Shown here one piece after another: positions 53,722 to 64,000 of a DNA stretch of 64,000 nt. Position 1 is the first letter of the stretch. Every line of letters starts with the position of its first letter. Position numbers and translations under genes: made by a program. The stretch is taken from the NCBI GenBank assembly GCA_050949565.1, contig JBMNFY010000017.1, positions 864,001-928,000 on the forward strand. Direction: 5' to 3'. The notes under the pieces were generated by a model. That model saw only the letters and a list, made by a program, of their open reading frames with translations, made no database searches and was not told the DNA's origin. Origin of the DNA: Kiritimatiellia bacterium. Lineage in GTDB: Bacteria; Verrucomicrobiota; Kiritimatiellia; RFP12; UBA1067.

Positions 53722-53925
53722 TTAGCGGCAGGGGTGACGCGAGTCGAATGCGTGCCTGGTTTCAGATTTCATTGCGAAGCGCTGGGAGGGGCAAGCGTCT
53801 GCTTGCCCGCGGACGAGCAGGCGCTCGTCCCTCCCAGCGGCGGCCATGCCGCCGCCCAGCAAAATCTCTGCGTCTCTGTCTCTGCGTCTCTGCGTTAAAA
53901 AACGCTCAACTCTCAACGCTCAAGG
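53722..53925. repeat. Composite repeat mosaic with REP doublet (53784-53835)
   Basis: Shares modules and order with 59598-59745. Confidence 0.8.
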
Positions 53926-54023
53926 AAAGCGGGCGATGACGCCCGTGCCCCCGACTCACCCATCCCACCTTTCATCAGAAACACGCGAGCTTCGCGCGCC
54001 TCTGCCACCAACCGATTACTCGG

Positions 54024-55163
<1,140 letters not shown>

Positions 55164-55191
55164 TTTGGGTCTCCTTTTTTTTGAAAATGTC

Positions 55192-55325
55192 GAGGCACTT
55201 GCAAAACCCTCGTTGCTCTTTCATGGGCGGGACGCCCATGCCACGAAGGATGTGGCACGGGCATCTTGCCCGTGTTTGCTTCATGGGCGGGACGCCCATG
55301 CCACAGGGGGTTTTGCAAGAGCCTC
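55192..55325. mobile_element. MITE variant containing three REP units
   Basis: GAGGCACTTGCAAAA...TTTTGCAAGAGCCTC. Confidence 0.8.
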
Positions 55326-55335
55326 ATGTGTGATA

Positions 55336-56370
55336 TCACTCTGCCCAGCCGTGGGCTTCGCGCACCTTCAGCATTGCCCCGAGGATGCTGTTCCAAGTGC
55401 CGGGGCGCATCATCACCTCGTTGGTGAACATGCAGCCGTCCCAGCAGATGTGGCGGATCGTCTGTGTCAGTTCGCCGTTTTCATCGCGCAGCCACTGACC
55501 CGCGCACCAGACGATGTCCAGCTTGCCGTTGGGGTCGTCCGGCAGACAGTGGCGGCCGGTCTTGTCGTGCGAGCCTTGGCCCTTGACCGTGGCGTCGTTC
55601 TGCGCCACATGGAAGTCGATCGTCCACGGGCGCAGGGCGGTGGCGAGCTTCGTGTAGGCGGCACGGAAGGTCGCGGTGTCGGACCAGTCGAAATTCTCCG
55701 GCAGGATACGCGCTTCGGGCGCGTTGTAGCCCATCAGATAGAGCATCGTGTGCGCCAAGTCGGCCTGGAAGCCCAGAGCCTTGGGACGGTCTACGCCTTC
55801 GAGCACGTCGAGCATGGCACGCCATGAATGCATGCCGCCCCAGCAGATCTCGCCCTCGGCGGCCAGCCACTCGCCAGCATCCTCCGCGATGTCACACGCC
55901 TGCTTAAAGGAGTCGATGATCATCCGCGTATTGCCGGCGGGGTCTTTGGCCCAGTCGGCGACACCGCCCGATGAATCGATGCGAACGACGCCCGACGGGC
56001 GCACACCCAGTTCGCGCAGCCGCTGACCGATGCGGCACGCCTTGCGCACCTGATCCAGCCAGTGGGCACGTTTCTCTTCGCCACCAAAAGCGCAACCGCT
56101 CCACACAGGCGCCACCAGCGAACCGACGGCCAACCCTTTGGCCGTCACGGTATCCGCGAGGCGCTTGAGGTCGTCATCCGTCGAATCGATATCGACATGC
56201 GGCGCACTGAGGAAGAGATCGATGCCATCAAACCGGGCACCGTCCACGCAGGCCGCCGTGGTGAGATCGATCATGGTCGAGAGTTCAATGATCGGCTCGG
56301 GCGTATCGGGACCTTTGCCTACGACACCCGGCCAAGCGGCATTATGCAGTTTCGGAAAAGTGTTAGACAT
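55336..56370 (-). CDS. Xylose-isomerase-like TIM barrel protein, possibly D-apiose isomerase family
   Basis: FPKLHNAAWPG..GKG, AAEGEICWGGMHSW, QADLAH, DFHVAQND, CWDGC; family assignment from recall. Confidence 0.75.
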   Translation of the reverse strand: MSNTFPKLHNAAWPGVVGKGPDTPEPIIELSTMIDLTTAACVDGARFDGIDLFLSAPHVDIDSTDDDLKRLADTVTAKGLAVGSLVAPVWSGCAFGGEEKRAHWLDQVRKACRIGQRLRELGVRPSGVVRIDSSGGVADWAKDPAGNTRMIIDSFKQACDIAEDAGEWLAAEGEICWGGMHSWRAMLDVLEGVDRPKALGFQADLAHTMLYLMGYNAPEARILPENFDWSDTATFRAAYTKLATALRPWTIDFHVAQNDATVKGQGSHDKTGRHCLPDDPNGKLDIVWCAGQWLRDENGELTQTIRHICWDGCMFTNEVMMRPGTWNSILGAMLKVREAHGWAE

Positions 56371-56406
56371 AATATTCTCCTTTCTTAAGCAGATTGTTTC
56401 TCACAC

Positions 56407-56507
56407 AAGGCTCTTGTAAAACACTTCGTGGCATGGGCGTCCCGCCCATGAAGCACGGGCAGGATGCCCGTGCTACACCTGCAAACAAAGGGTTTTGGAT
56501 GAGCCTC
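56407..56507. mobile_element. MITE with REP doublet (diverged TIRs)
   Basis: AAGGCTCTTGTAAAA...TTTTGGATGAGCCTC nested in a TCTCACAC...CTTTGTGTGAG repeat. Confidence 0.7.
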
Positions 56508-56545
56508 ATGTCAAAAAACCTTTGTGCCTTTGTGTGAGGTTAAGT

Positions 56546-57805
56546 TCAGCTTTGCTGGCCGATCTCCGGCGCGTCCGGATTCACTTCGGGGCCGAAGTAG
56601 CGCAGGATCTCCAGCGGCTCGCTCTCCGAGGCGTTCACATAGGTGACACCCGCGCGCGCGGCATCGTGCACCACGAAGAACTCGTCGTCCGTGATGTCGT
56701 AGAAGCGGATCATGTTGGGGCTGGAGATGCGCTGGCCGTTGATGGTACCCTCGCCCTGCACAGTGATCAGGCAGTAGGCGCCGTTGTCCTTGATGGTGCA
56801 GGAGCAGCCGGGCAGCACGGTCAGGCGCTTTGCGGTGACGCACTGCCAGCCCTTGACGCGGCCGTAGTTGATCCAGTAGTCCAGATATCCGTCCTGCTCA
56901 GAACCTCCCGCCAGCACCGGCTCGAGGAAGTGGTTCTTGTAGAAGTGTGGATCGGTGTTCTCCTTGAGATCGACCATGCCGGCGATGAAGTCCAAGTCCT
57001 TCTGCTTGTTTTTGGGCACGTCCTTGACCAGCAGCGACCACGGCACGTAGTTCTCATCGACCAAATTCTGGAACATCGCGAACACATCCGAGCCCCACTG
57101 CGGCTCGTAGGTGCAGAGCGAACCCGGCGCGTGCAGCACGTTCGGCGGCACAAACCAGCCGGTACCGACCTTCAGGCGGTAGGCCTGCGAGATGTCGGTG
57201 ATACCGTTATCGCCTTGGTTCCAGCGCTCGAGACAGCGGACGATGTCCGCCTTGGTCGTGCCGGGCACCAGACCGAAGAAGGTGTAGGGGAAACGCGCGC
57301 CCAAGTTGTTGTGCTGCGGCGGGAAGTAGTAAGACTCCGGCTTGCCCTCCTGCCCCACCAGCTTAGCGAGCTTGTCGTCCTGATGCAGGTGGTGCGGCAG
57401 CGGTCCGAGGTTGTCGAAGAACTTGCTGTAGACCGGCCAGCGCTGGTACTTCTTCCAGATCTTCGCGCCGACGATCGTGGCACCCAACCCGGCCACCACA
57501 TCGCGCAACAGCACGCGCTTGTTCTCGAAGACCACATAGCTCAGGCCCTCATCCGGAAGACGCCCCTCGTTCGCCGCCTCGGTGGTCGAGCCGAACCAGC
57601 GCTCGTCGATACCGCCGCGGTTAAGTCCGAAGGCATAGAGATCATCCGGGTGAAGCTTCAACCTGCGTCCGGGATAACAGAACGAACGCGGCACCCAGTT
57701 CGGTGTCAACCGCAACACGCCGTTGCCCGCATTCAGCGCGGCATCCGCAACGCTATTCACATTCTTTTTGACAGTCTTCAACTCTTTTACTGATCGAGCG
57801 CCCAT
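56546..57805 (-). CDS. Class I mannose-6-phosphate isomerase-like cupin protein
   Basis: SKFFD, PHHLHQ, KPESYYF, LHAPG...YEPQ..SD motifs. Confidence 0.8.
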   Translation of the reverse strand: MGARSVKELKTVKKNVNSVADAALNAGNGVLRLTPNWVPRSFCYPGRRLKLHPDDLYAFGLNRGGIDERWFGSTTEAANEGRLPDEGLSYVVFENKRVLLRDVVAGLGATIVGAKIWKKYQRWPVYSKFFDNLGPLPHHLHQDDKLAKLVGQEGKPESYYFPPQHNNLGARFPYTFFGLVPGTTKADIVRCLERWNQGDNGITDISQAYRLKVGTGWFVPPNVLHAPGSLCTYEPQWGSDVFAMFQNLVDENYVPWSLLVKDVPKNKQKDLDFIAGMVDLKENTDPHFYKNHFLEPVLAGGSEQDGYLDYWINYGRVKGWQCVTAKRLTVLPGCSCTIKDNGAYCLITVQGEGTINGQRISSPNMIRFYDITDDEFFVVHDAARAGVTYVNASESEPLEILRYFGPEVNPDAPEIGQQS

Positions 57806-58162
57806 GATGGCTAACCTCCCTTTCTTACAAATCGTGAGACCAAACAGAATACACTTAAATCATACACGTCCACCCTTGACATGTCTTGTAAAGGCTCGTT
57901 TGATATGTGTATTTAATCGGCGCGTTCTCTCGACTCGACAAACGGGTTTCCGCCCGTTACCATTCTTTTCTGTGTTCTGGCACCCCATCGGGCTGGGAAA
58001 ACCAACAAAGAACGAGTTGTTTCTCACACGAAGGCGCTAAAGGAAACAGGGTGTTATGAAAAAACCTTTGTGTTCTTTGTGCCTTTGTGTGAGATTGAAT
58101 TGGGGTACGGGCTAAGCTCGCGTTAGGCACTATCGGTGATGCACACAACCTAAGGAAGCTTG

Positions 58163-59458
58163 ATGAACATGCGTACATTGGGAATCGGATGTTTAGTACT
58201 GGTCGGAGTGCTGGCTTTCGGCCAGCCTGAAAAAGACTTTTTCTTCAAGAACAACGACTCGGTTGTTTTTCTGGGCGACAGCATCACCCAGCAAAAGCTC
58301 TACACCACCTACATCGAAGCCTACACGCTGACGCGCTTCCCGGACCACCGTTTCTGTTTCCGCAACGTGGGCTGGGGCGGTGATACCGCGTGGCTACGCC
58401 AGCGTTTCAAGACGGATGAGAAAGCGCTCTTCTCCGCGACAGGTGCCGTGCTGGACGAGATGGTGGAAAAAGCGGTACGGGCCGGCCTGAAGCGCGACGT
58501 ACTGCCGCACAAGCCCACGGCCGTCACGGTCAAGTTCGGCATGAACGACCATGCCTATCAGGCGTTCCGCGAAGACATCTGCCGCGCATATGTACGCAGC
58601 CAAGGCGAAATCGTGGACACCCTCATGAAGGAAGGCGCCCGCGTCGCCCTGATCACTCCGCAGCCGATCGAGGACAAGTCCCCGGTCGAACACGACAAGA
58701 ACGTGAAGAACCAATCGCTGCACAAATTTTCCGCCGCCCTGTACGACGTGGCGGCTGCGCGCAATGCGTGGTTCGTGAACCTGTTCGAGCCTTATATGAA
58801 ACTCATGCTGACCGCGCGCGCTGCCAAGCCGGACGCCATGATCGGCGGCGGTGACGCCGTACACCCGGGGCCGGTCGGTCATACGCTGATGGCATGGATC
58901 ATCCTGAAGCAACTCCAAGCGCCGATGCTGGTCTCCTGCTGCGAAGTGGATGTGTCGCGCTGGTTCTTCCTCAGCAAGATCAAACGCCAAAGGAACTGCA
59001 CGCTCTCCGATGTGCAGGTCAGGGACGGCGTTGTCAGCTTTGACCGGCTCGACCACGCGCTGCCGATGCCGATCGACACCAGAGCCACGGCCGCCCTCTC
59101 GCTGGCACCGATCACCGATGATCTGAACCGCTACAAGCTAAAGGTCGAGGGCCTCAAGGCCGCGAACTACGCCCTGACCATCGACGGTCTGCACGTCGCC
59201 GATTTCAGTCGCGAAGATCTTGCCCGCGGGGTAGACCTAGTGAATTACTCCACGCCGAACTCCGCACAGGCGCTCCAAGTCCTGGACTTGGTGTTCAAAA
59301 AGAACGACGCCTATTTCGAGCGCTGGCGCAAGGTGCAACTCGCAAACGGTCCGGCTGAAAAAATGGCCGAACTGGACCTGCGCATCGCCGACCTTGAGGC
59401 GCAGATTGATGTCGCGCGCAAACCCAAGCCGCACCGCTTTGAACTGACACCTCTTTGA
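58163..59458 (+). CDS. SGNH/GDSL hydrolase (secreted esterase)
   Basis: FLGDSIT, GWGGDT, FGMND, DAVHP. Confidence 0.92.
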   Translation: MNMRTLGIGCLVLVGVLAFGQPEKDFFFKNNDSVVFLGDSITQQKLYTTYIEAYTLTRFPDHRFCFRNVGWGGDTAWLRQRFKTDEKALFSATGAVLDEMVEKAVRAGLKRDVLPHKPTAVTVKFGMNDHAYQAFREDICRAYVRSQGEIVDTLMKEGARVALITPQPIEDKSPVEHDKNVKNQSLHKFSAALYDVAAARNAWFVNLFEPYMKLMLTARAAKPDAMIGGGDAVHPGPVGHTLMAWIILKQLQAPMLVSCCEVDVSRWFFLSKIKRQRNCTLSDVQVRDGVVSFDRLDHALPMPIDTRATAALSLAPITDDLNRYKLKVEGLKAANYALTIDGLHVADFSREDLARGVDLVNYSTPNSAQALQVLDLVFKKNDAYFERWRKVQLANGPAEKMAELDLRIADLEAQIDVARKPKPHRFELTPL

Positions 59459-59760
59459 CATGATTTCCCGCTACGCGGGCGCATAAACGACATGATTGAC
59501 ATGACTGACATGACTGACATGATTTGGAGGGCGAGTGTCCCCACGAGCCGCCTTCCGCTGTGCGGAAGGATGGTTTCAGGATCCATTGCGGAGCACCGGG
59601 AGGGACGAGCGTCTGCTCGTCCGCGGGCAAGCAGACGCTTGCCCCTCCCAGCGGCGGTCACGCCGCCACCCCGTAAGAGATCCCTGCGCCTCTGCGTCTC
59701 TGCGTTAAAAAAACGCCCGACGTTCAACGCTCAACGCTCAACGCTCTGCGGGCGGGGACG
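59457..59760. repeat. (GACATGAyT)n repeats, REP doublet (59598-59649) and 7-mer repeats
   Basis: Seen directly; modules shared with other intergenic regions. Confidence 0.8.
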
Positions 59761-59773
59761 CCCGCGCTCCCGA

Positions 59774-60736
59774 CTGCGCATCTTTCGGCCGCACTCCCCT
59801 TTCCTGTGTCTTCTGTTAGCTGTCTGCGGGATGCTTGCCTTCTCGCACGGGAACGCACAACCGGCCGCCAACCGCTTCGTGGGATACCGTTCCGGCTTTA
59901 ACCGCGACACGCTCGCGTTGCAGATCCTGCTCGACCGCCAACACCTCTCCTGCAACTGCGTTGACGGCGTGTGGGGACTGCGAACAGAAATCGCGCTGGT
60001 GACCTGGCAGACGCTCAATGGCCTGCCCCCCACCGGCATCCCCGACGCCGCCGTGCTGGAAGCACTCGGCGGCGATGACGACGTGCTGACGCGCTACACC
60101 ATCACCGCCGCCGATGTGGCTGCCCTAGGCCGGGTGCCGCAGGATTGGGAAGAGCGTGCGCGACTCAAGGCACTGCCCTACGAGACCCTGCAAGAGTTCC
60201 TGGCCGAAAAAGGCCACGCCTCGCAGCGGGTTATCGAACGCCTGAATCCCGGCCTGTCCTGGCCGAATCCGCCGGTGGGCAGTGAAGTCGTGTTGCCGAA
60301 CTGCGCGTATGACAAGCCCGCCAAGGCCGGCTCGATCCGCATCTCGCTCTCACGCACCGAGGTGACGGTTTTCAATCCTGAAGGACAGCTTGTCGCGCTT
60401 TTCCCATGCTCGATCGCGCGTGAAAAATCCAAGCGGCCTGACGGCGAGGTCTCGGTCAAGGCTGTCGCACAGAACCCCAACTACACCTACGACCCTCAGC
60501 TCTTTGTACCGGGCGGCTCTAAAAAAACCAAACTCCTCATTCCGCCGGGGCCGAACAATCCGGTGGGGCTCGCCTGGATCGGCCTTTCGCTACAGGGCTA
60601 CGGCATCCACGGCACCCCCACTCCGGAACATATCGGACGTGCCGAATCCAAGGGATGCTTCCGGCTCGCCAACTGGAACGCGGTCAAGCTACTCGCGATG
60701 GTAGAGCACGGCACGCCAGTCGTGATCGAGGAGTAG
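59774..60736 (+). CDS. L,D-transpeptidase (YkuD) with peptidoglycan-binding domain; start uncertain
   Basis: PPGPNNPVG, YGIHGT, SKGCFRL; LQILLDR..DGVWG..T PG-binding motif; no clear ATG before the signal-like segment. Confidence 0.88.
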   Translation: MRIFRPHSPFLCLLLAVCGMLAFSHGNAQPAANRFVGYRSGFNRDTLALQILLDRQHLSCNCVDGVWGLRTEIALVTWQTLNGLPPTGIPDAAVLEALGGDDDVLTRYTITAADVAALGRVPQDWEERARLKALPYETLQEFLAEKGHASQRVIERLNPGLSWPNPPVGSEVVLPNCAYDKPAKAGSIRISLSRTEVTVFNPEGQLVALFPCSIAREKSKRPDGEVSVKAVAQNPNYTYDPQLFVPGGSKKTKLLIPPGPNNPVGLAWIGLSLQGYGIHGTPTPEHIGRAESKGCFRLANWNAVKLLAMVEHGTPVVIEE

Positions 60737-60743
60737 GCGTAGG

Positions 60744-61193
60744 CTACGGCAGTCTGCCGCGTGCTGCGTCGACTGCGGTTTTGCGGAAGGCCTGGGCGGC
60801 TTCGTGCGAGCAGGCCGGCACCACTTCCGCCGCAAAGGCGGCGCTCTTGGCCATGCAGGCGCGCCCTTCCGGCGTGGTATAAAAGGTGGCTAGCGCACGC
60901 AGCTCCGCCTCATTGAAGTGGCGCAACAGCGCTGTGCGGATGATGCGGCGTAGTTCGATGACATCAACGTTGCGCATGAAAGCGTCGTGCGCCCGCGTCT
61001 GCTTTTCGGGTCGCGTGTAGGTTGCGGCGTAGGGCCGCGCCAATTGCGCCATCATGATCTCCGGCGGAACGATATCCATCAGCGCATCGGCATACTGTTC
61101 TGCAGTGGTCGGCGTCGGGGCGACCGGCGTGGCGGTACGGCATGCGCCGACCAAGACAAGCGGCGCGAGCCAGAAAAGAGGACGTACGTTCAT
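60744..61193 (-). CDS. Lipoprotein, DUF2059-like
   Basis: Lipobox LVGAC; HFNEAELRALATFYTTPEGR. Confidence 0.75.
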   Translation of the reverse strand: MNVRPLFWLAPLVLVGACRTATPVAPTPTTAEQYADALMDIVPPEIMMAQLARPYAATYTRPEKQTRAHDAFMRNVDVIELRRIIRTALLRHFNEAELRALATFYTTPEGRACMAKSAAFAAEVVPACSHEAAQAFRKTAVDAARGRLP

Positions 61194-62347
61194 GTTGGAA
61201 TCTCCTGTCGGGCCGACGCGGAAGCGTCCAATACGCTCCGGTAGACGGCCTCTGTGGCGTGAGCCGATTTTTCCCAAGTGAATTCGGCAGCCTTGCGGTA
61301 GCCGGCCTCGATCTTCTCCTCGCGAAAAGCCGGCTGATCGAGCAACAGGCTCACCGCGCTGGCAATGGAAGTGCGGTCACTCGGATCACAGGTGACAGCC
61401 GCCGCGCCGCAATTTTCGAGGACCGCGCCGCCCGAGCAGACCACCGGACAGCCACAGGCCATGGCTTCAATCGGCGGCAGGCCGAATCCTTCATCATGGG
61501 AGGGAAAGACGAAAGCCTGCGCCAGCGAATAGAGCACGGGCAGGTCTTCAGCGCTGACATAACCCGTGAGAATCACGCGATGGCGCACACCGTTCCGGTG
61601 GATGGCCGCATCGATCACCGCAGCGGCAGCAGAGTCGGCCGCACCGGCTAGCACGAGATGCAGATCCGGCCGCTCGCTTTGTACGATAGCGAATGCGTCG
61701 ATGAGACTGAGGATGTTTTTGCGTGATGTCAGGTCGCCGACAAAAAGCAGGAACGAGGTGGGCAGGTCGTAACGCTGGCGCACAGCCTGCAAGCGCGCGT
61801 GATCGGCGCAATGCGTCATCGCCTGTGAAAGCCCGGGCGATATGACGTGGATACGTTCTTCGCGCACCGCGGGGAAGCGTGTCAGGACGGTGTTTTTGAT
61901 ATAGGACGAGAAGGTGATGATCGCGGCAGCTTTTTTGACCGAAGGGGGAATCAGCAATTTGTAATGCAGGATATTGCGCGTGCGACAGAATTGGGGGTGA
62001 GTCATCACATGCAGGTCATGGATCGTGAGCACCAAGGGGCAGGGCGTCAACAGCGGAGCGACATAGGCGGGCGCGTGCAACAGAGGCGCGCGGGCGCGCA
62101 ACAAAAGCAACGGAAGCACGGTTTGTTCCCACGCGATACGCAACAGACGCGAGCGCGAAGCCGCCGCGCAGATCGTCCGCAGACGCACATGCGGCGCAAC
62201 GGGGATGGCGCGGTGTCCGGATGGAACACAGACGCAGGTTCGGAGCGAACCATACCGCGCCAATGCGCATGCCAACTGATGTACCGTCACTTCCACACCG
62301 GAATACGGTTCACGCAAGACCATGGCATTATAGAAAATCTCTGGCAT
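61190..62347 (-). CDS. Glycosyltransferase family 4
   Basis: TIHDL, RKN, FVFPS..EGFGLPPIEAMACG. Confidence 0.95.
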   Translation of the reverse strand: MPEIFYNAMVLREPYSGVEVTVHQLACALARYGSLRTCVCVPSGHRAIPVAPHVRLRTICAAASRSRLLRIAWEQTVLPLLLLRARAPLLHAPAYVAPLLTPCPLVLTIHDLHVMTHPQFCRTRNILHYKLLIPPSVKKAAAIITFSSYIKNTVLTRFPAVREERIHVISPGLSQAMTHCADHARLQAVRQRYDLPTSFLLFVGDLTSRKNILSLIDAFAIVQSERPDLHLVLAGAADSAAAAVIDAAIHRNGVRHRVILTGYVSAEDLPVLYSLAQAFVFPSHDEGFGLPPIEAMACGCPVVCSGGAVLENCGAAAVTCDPSDRTSIASAVSLLLDQPAFREEKIEAGYRKAAEFTWEKSAHATEAVYRSVLDASASARQEIPT

Positions 62348-62461
62348 GTGGGTTTTAGTATATAGGATATGTCAGATAAAAAACAGCGCCATGCTTTTAC
62401 CCCACCGTTGCGAGCCACTGCGTGGTCGCAACGATCGATCCCGATCCCGATTGGGGTGGAA

Positions 62462-62647
62462 CCCTGAAACCCTGAAACCCTGAAACCCTGAAACCCTGAA
62501 ACCCTGAAACCCTGAACCCTGAAGCCCTGAAACCCTGAAACCCTGAAACCCTGAAACCCTGAAACCCTGAAGCCCTGAAACCCTGAAACCCTGAAACCCT
62601 GAAACCCTGAAACCCTGAAGCCCTGAAACCCTGAAACCCTGAAACCC
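62462..62647. repeat. Tandem octamer array (CCCTGAAA)23 with 48-bp higher-order period
   Basis: 23 units, one 7-nt unit, CCCTGAAG variants ending at 62524, 62572, 62620. Confidence 0.95.
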
Positions 62648-62714
62648 AAATTGACGGGGGAACAACGGACTTGTTATTCTGAAAGCATCCTAACTAACGG
62701 AAGAAAGGAACACA

Positions 62715-63152
62715 ATGATGAAAACGATGCGTGTACTGTTGTCTATCTGTGCTTGTGCCCTGCTGGTGATGGCCGGCTGTAAGAAAGAATCGGCGGCGGA
62801 AGCCGGTGCGGCACCTGCGGCCGATGGAGCCGCCGCGAGCAGTGTGCTTGATCTTGACGACACGACCTTCGCCGCAGCGACCGCGCAAGGCGTGGTGCTT
62901 GTCGATTTCTGGGCCCCTTGGTGCCCGCCCTGCCGCGCGCAAGGACCGATCATAGATGCCGTAGCCAAGCAGCTTGGCGACACCGCCAAGGTCGCCAAAG
63001 TAAATGTCGATAAGGCGAAGACCACCGCCCAGACGTTCGGCGTCCGCAGCATTCCCACGCTTGTGGTCCTGAAAGACGGCAAGACCGTCAAGTCTTTCAC
63101 CGGACTGACGCAGGCGGATGCCTTGGTGGCCGCCGTCAAAGAGGCGCTGTAA
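62715..63152 (+). CDS. Thioredoxin-family lipoprotein
   Basis: Lipobox MAGC; DFWAPWCPPC; SIPT. Confidence 0.92.
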   Translation: MMKTMRVLLSICACALLVMAGCKKESAAEAGAAPAADGAAASSVLDLDDTTFAAATAQGVVLVDFWAPWCPPCRAQGPIIDAVAKQLGDTAKVAKVNVDKAKTTAQTFGVRSIPTLVVLKDGKTVKSFTGLTQADALVAAVKEAL

Positions 63153-63199
63153 AAAGCGCCACCTGACCATATTGCCAACACCCTGAACAAAGGATTTTT

Positions 63200-63934
63200 A
63201 TGCGCACGACCCTTTTCTTGTTCGCCGCCCTCGCGGCTGTCCTTCACACCGTAGCGGCCGAGCCCCAGACGGCACCGGCCGAGACGCCCGGCATGACCCG
63301 CATCTTCAACGGCAAAGACCTGACCGGCTGGGAGGGCGATCCCTCGCTCTGGTCGGTCAAAGATGGTGCCATCCGCGGCGAGACAACCGCCGAGAATCCA
63401 GCCCAAGGCAACACGTTCCTGATCTGGAAAGACGGCACCACGAAGGACTTCGAACTCCGCCTCTCTTTCCGCTGCACTGCCGCGAACAACTCGGGTATCC
63501 AGTACCGCTCCACGCGTCTGCAGAGCAAACCCGGTGCCAAGAACCAGTGGCGCCTCAAGGGTTACCAGCACGAAATCCGCAACGAGCAGAAACTGCCGAA
63601 TGTCGCCGGGTTCATCTACGACGAAGGCGGCAAGCGCGGCCGCATCTGCTTGGTCGGCGAGCAGGCGATATGGACCGACGGCAAAAAGCAGGTGCAGGCG
63701 TCACTGATCGACGGCGAGGCGTTCAAGGCGCTTTTCAAACTCAACGACTGGAACGATGTCGTGATCGTAGCCAAGGGCAACCACATGCGCCACTATCTGA
63801 ACGGCCGACTGATCCTTGACTTTACCGACGACCCTGCGCTGGCTCTGCTGGACGGCGTGCTGGGCCTGCAACTGCATGCCGGGCGGCCGATGTGGGCGGA
63901 GTTTAAGGATATCCGCATCAAGACGTTGGAGTAG
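63200..63934 (+). CDS. DUF1080 (3-keto-disaccharide hydrolase-like) secreted protein
   Basis: IFNGKDLTGW, NSGIQYRS, WND..I...G, LQLH, FKDIRIK. Confidence 0.92.
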   Translation: MRTTLFLFAALAAVLHTVAAEPQTAPAETPGMTRIFNGKDLTGWEGDPSLWSVKDGAIRGETTAENPAQGNTFLIWKDGTTKDFELRLSFRCTAANNSGIQYRSTRLQSKPGAKNQWRLKGYQHEIRNEQKLPNVAGFIYDEGGKRGRICLVGEQAIWTDGKKQVQASLIDGEAFKALFKLNDWNDVVIVAKGNHMRHYLNGRLILDFTDDPALALLDGVLGLQLHAGRPMWAEFKDIRIKTLE

Positions 63935-64000
63935 TGACGATTTTATTTGCACCTTTCTTGAGAAAGATGCACGCCGCCTGCGCTTGCGTGCGGCTTCTTG

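Noticed and set aside
62287-62665. ORFs with repeated GFRVSGFQ peptides
   Set aside because: Translation of the octamer array; no RBS or evidence of coding.

Overview
A GC-rich bacterial chromosomal window, by inference from a Kiritimatiellia/Verrucomicrobiota-like (PVC) polysaccharide degrader. Housekeeping genes (polA, ferredoxin, lpxA, lptF/G, pgk, clpB, thioredoxin, L,D-transpeptidase) are interleaved with carbohydrate-active genes (GH20-like, RCC1+GH28-like, CBM+M14, esterases, Gfo/Idh/MocA, sugar isomerases, DUF1080). No tRNA, rRNA, CRISPR array, integrase or transposase was recognised. Most notable: (1) an operon of Tat-exported Gfo/Idh/MocA dehydrogenase, 7-heme cytochrome c with a His-bearing membrane domain, signal-less ApbE and a discoidin-like protein, a candidate undescribed sugar-oxidising electron-transfer system; (2) a TonB receptor/ECF/methyltransferase operon with a GTGTTAC-N13-GTAACAC (NikR-type) operator over its -10 box; (3) a ~100-bp MITE with TIRs and 4-bp target duplications that carries a REP doublet, within a dense nested set of intergenic repeats; (4) a partial ompA duplication with a swapped loop; (5) attC-like sites beside low-GC cassette-like genes; (6) a ~10.3-kb giant adhesin and a LamG protein, both disrupted while housekeeping genes are intact; (7) a sigma54/IHF/UAS promoter before clpB; (8) a telomere-like (TTTCAGGG)23 array. 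All calls come from reading the sequence and ORF track; no searches were run.
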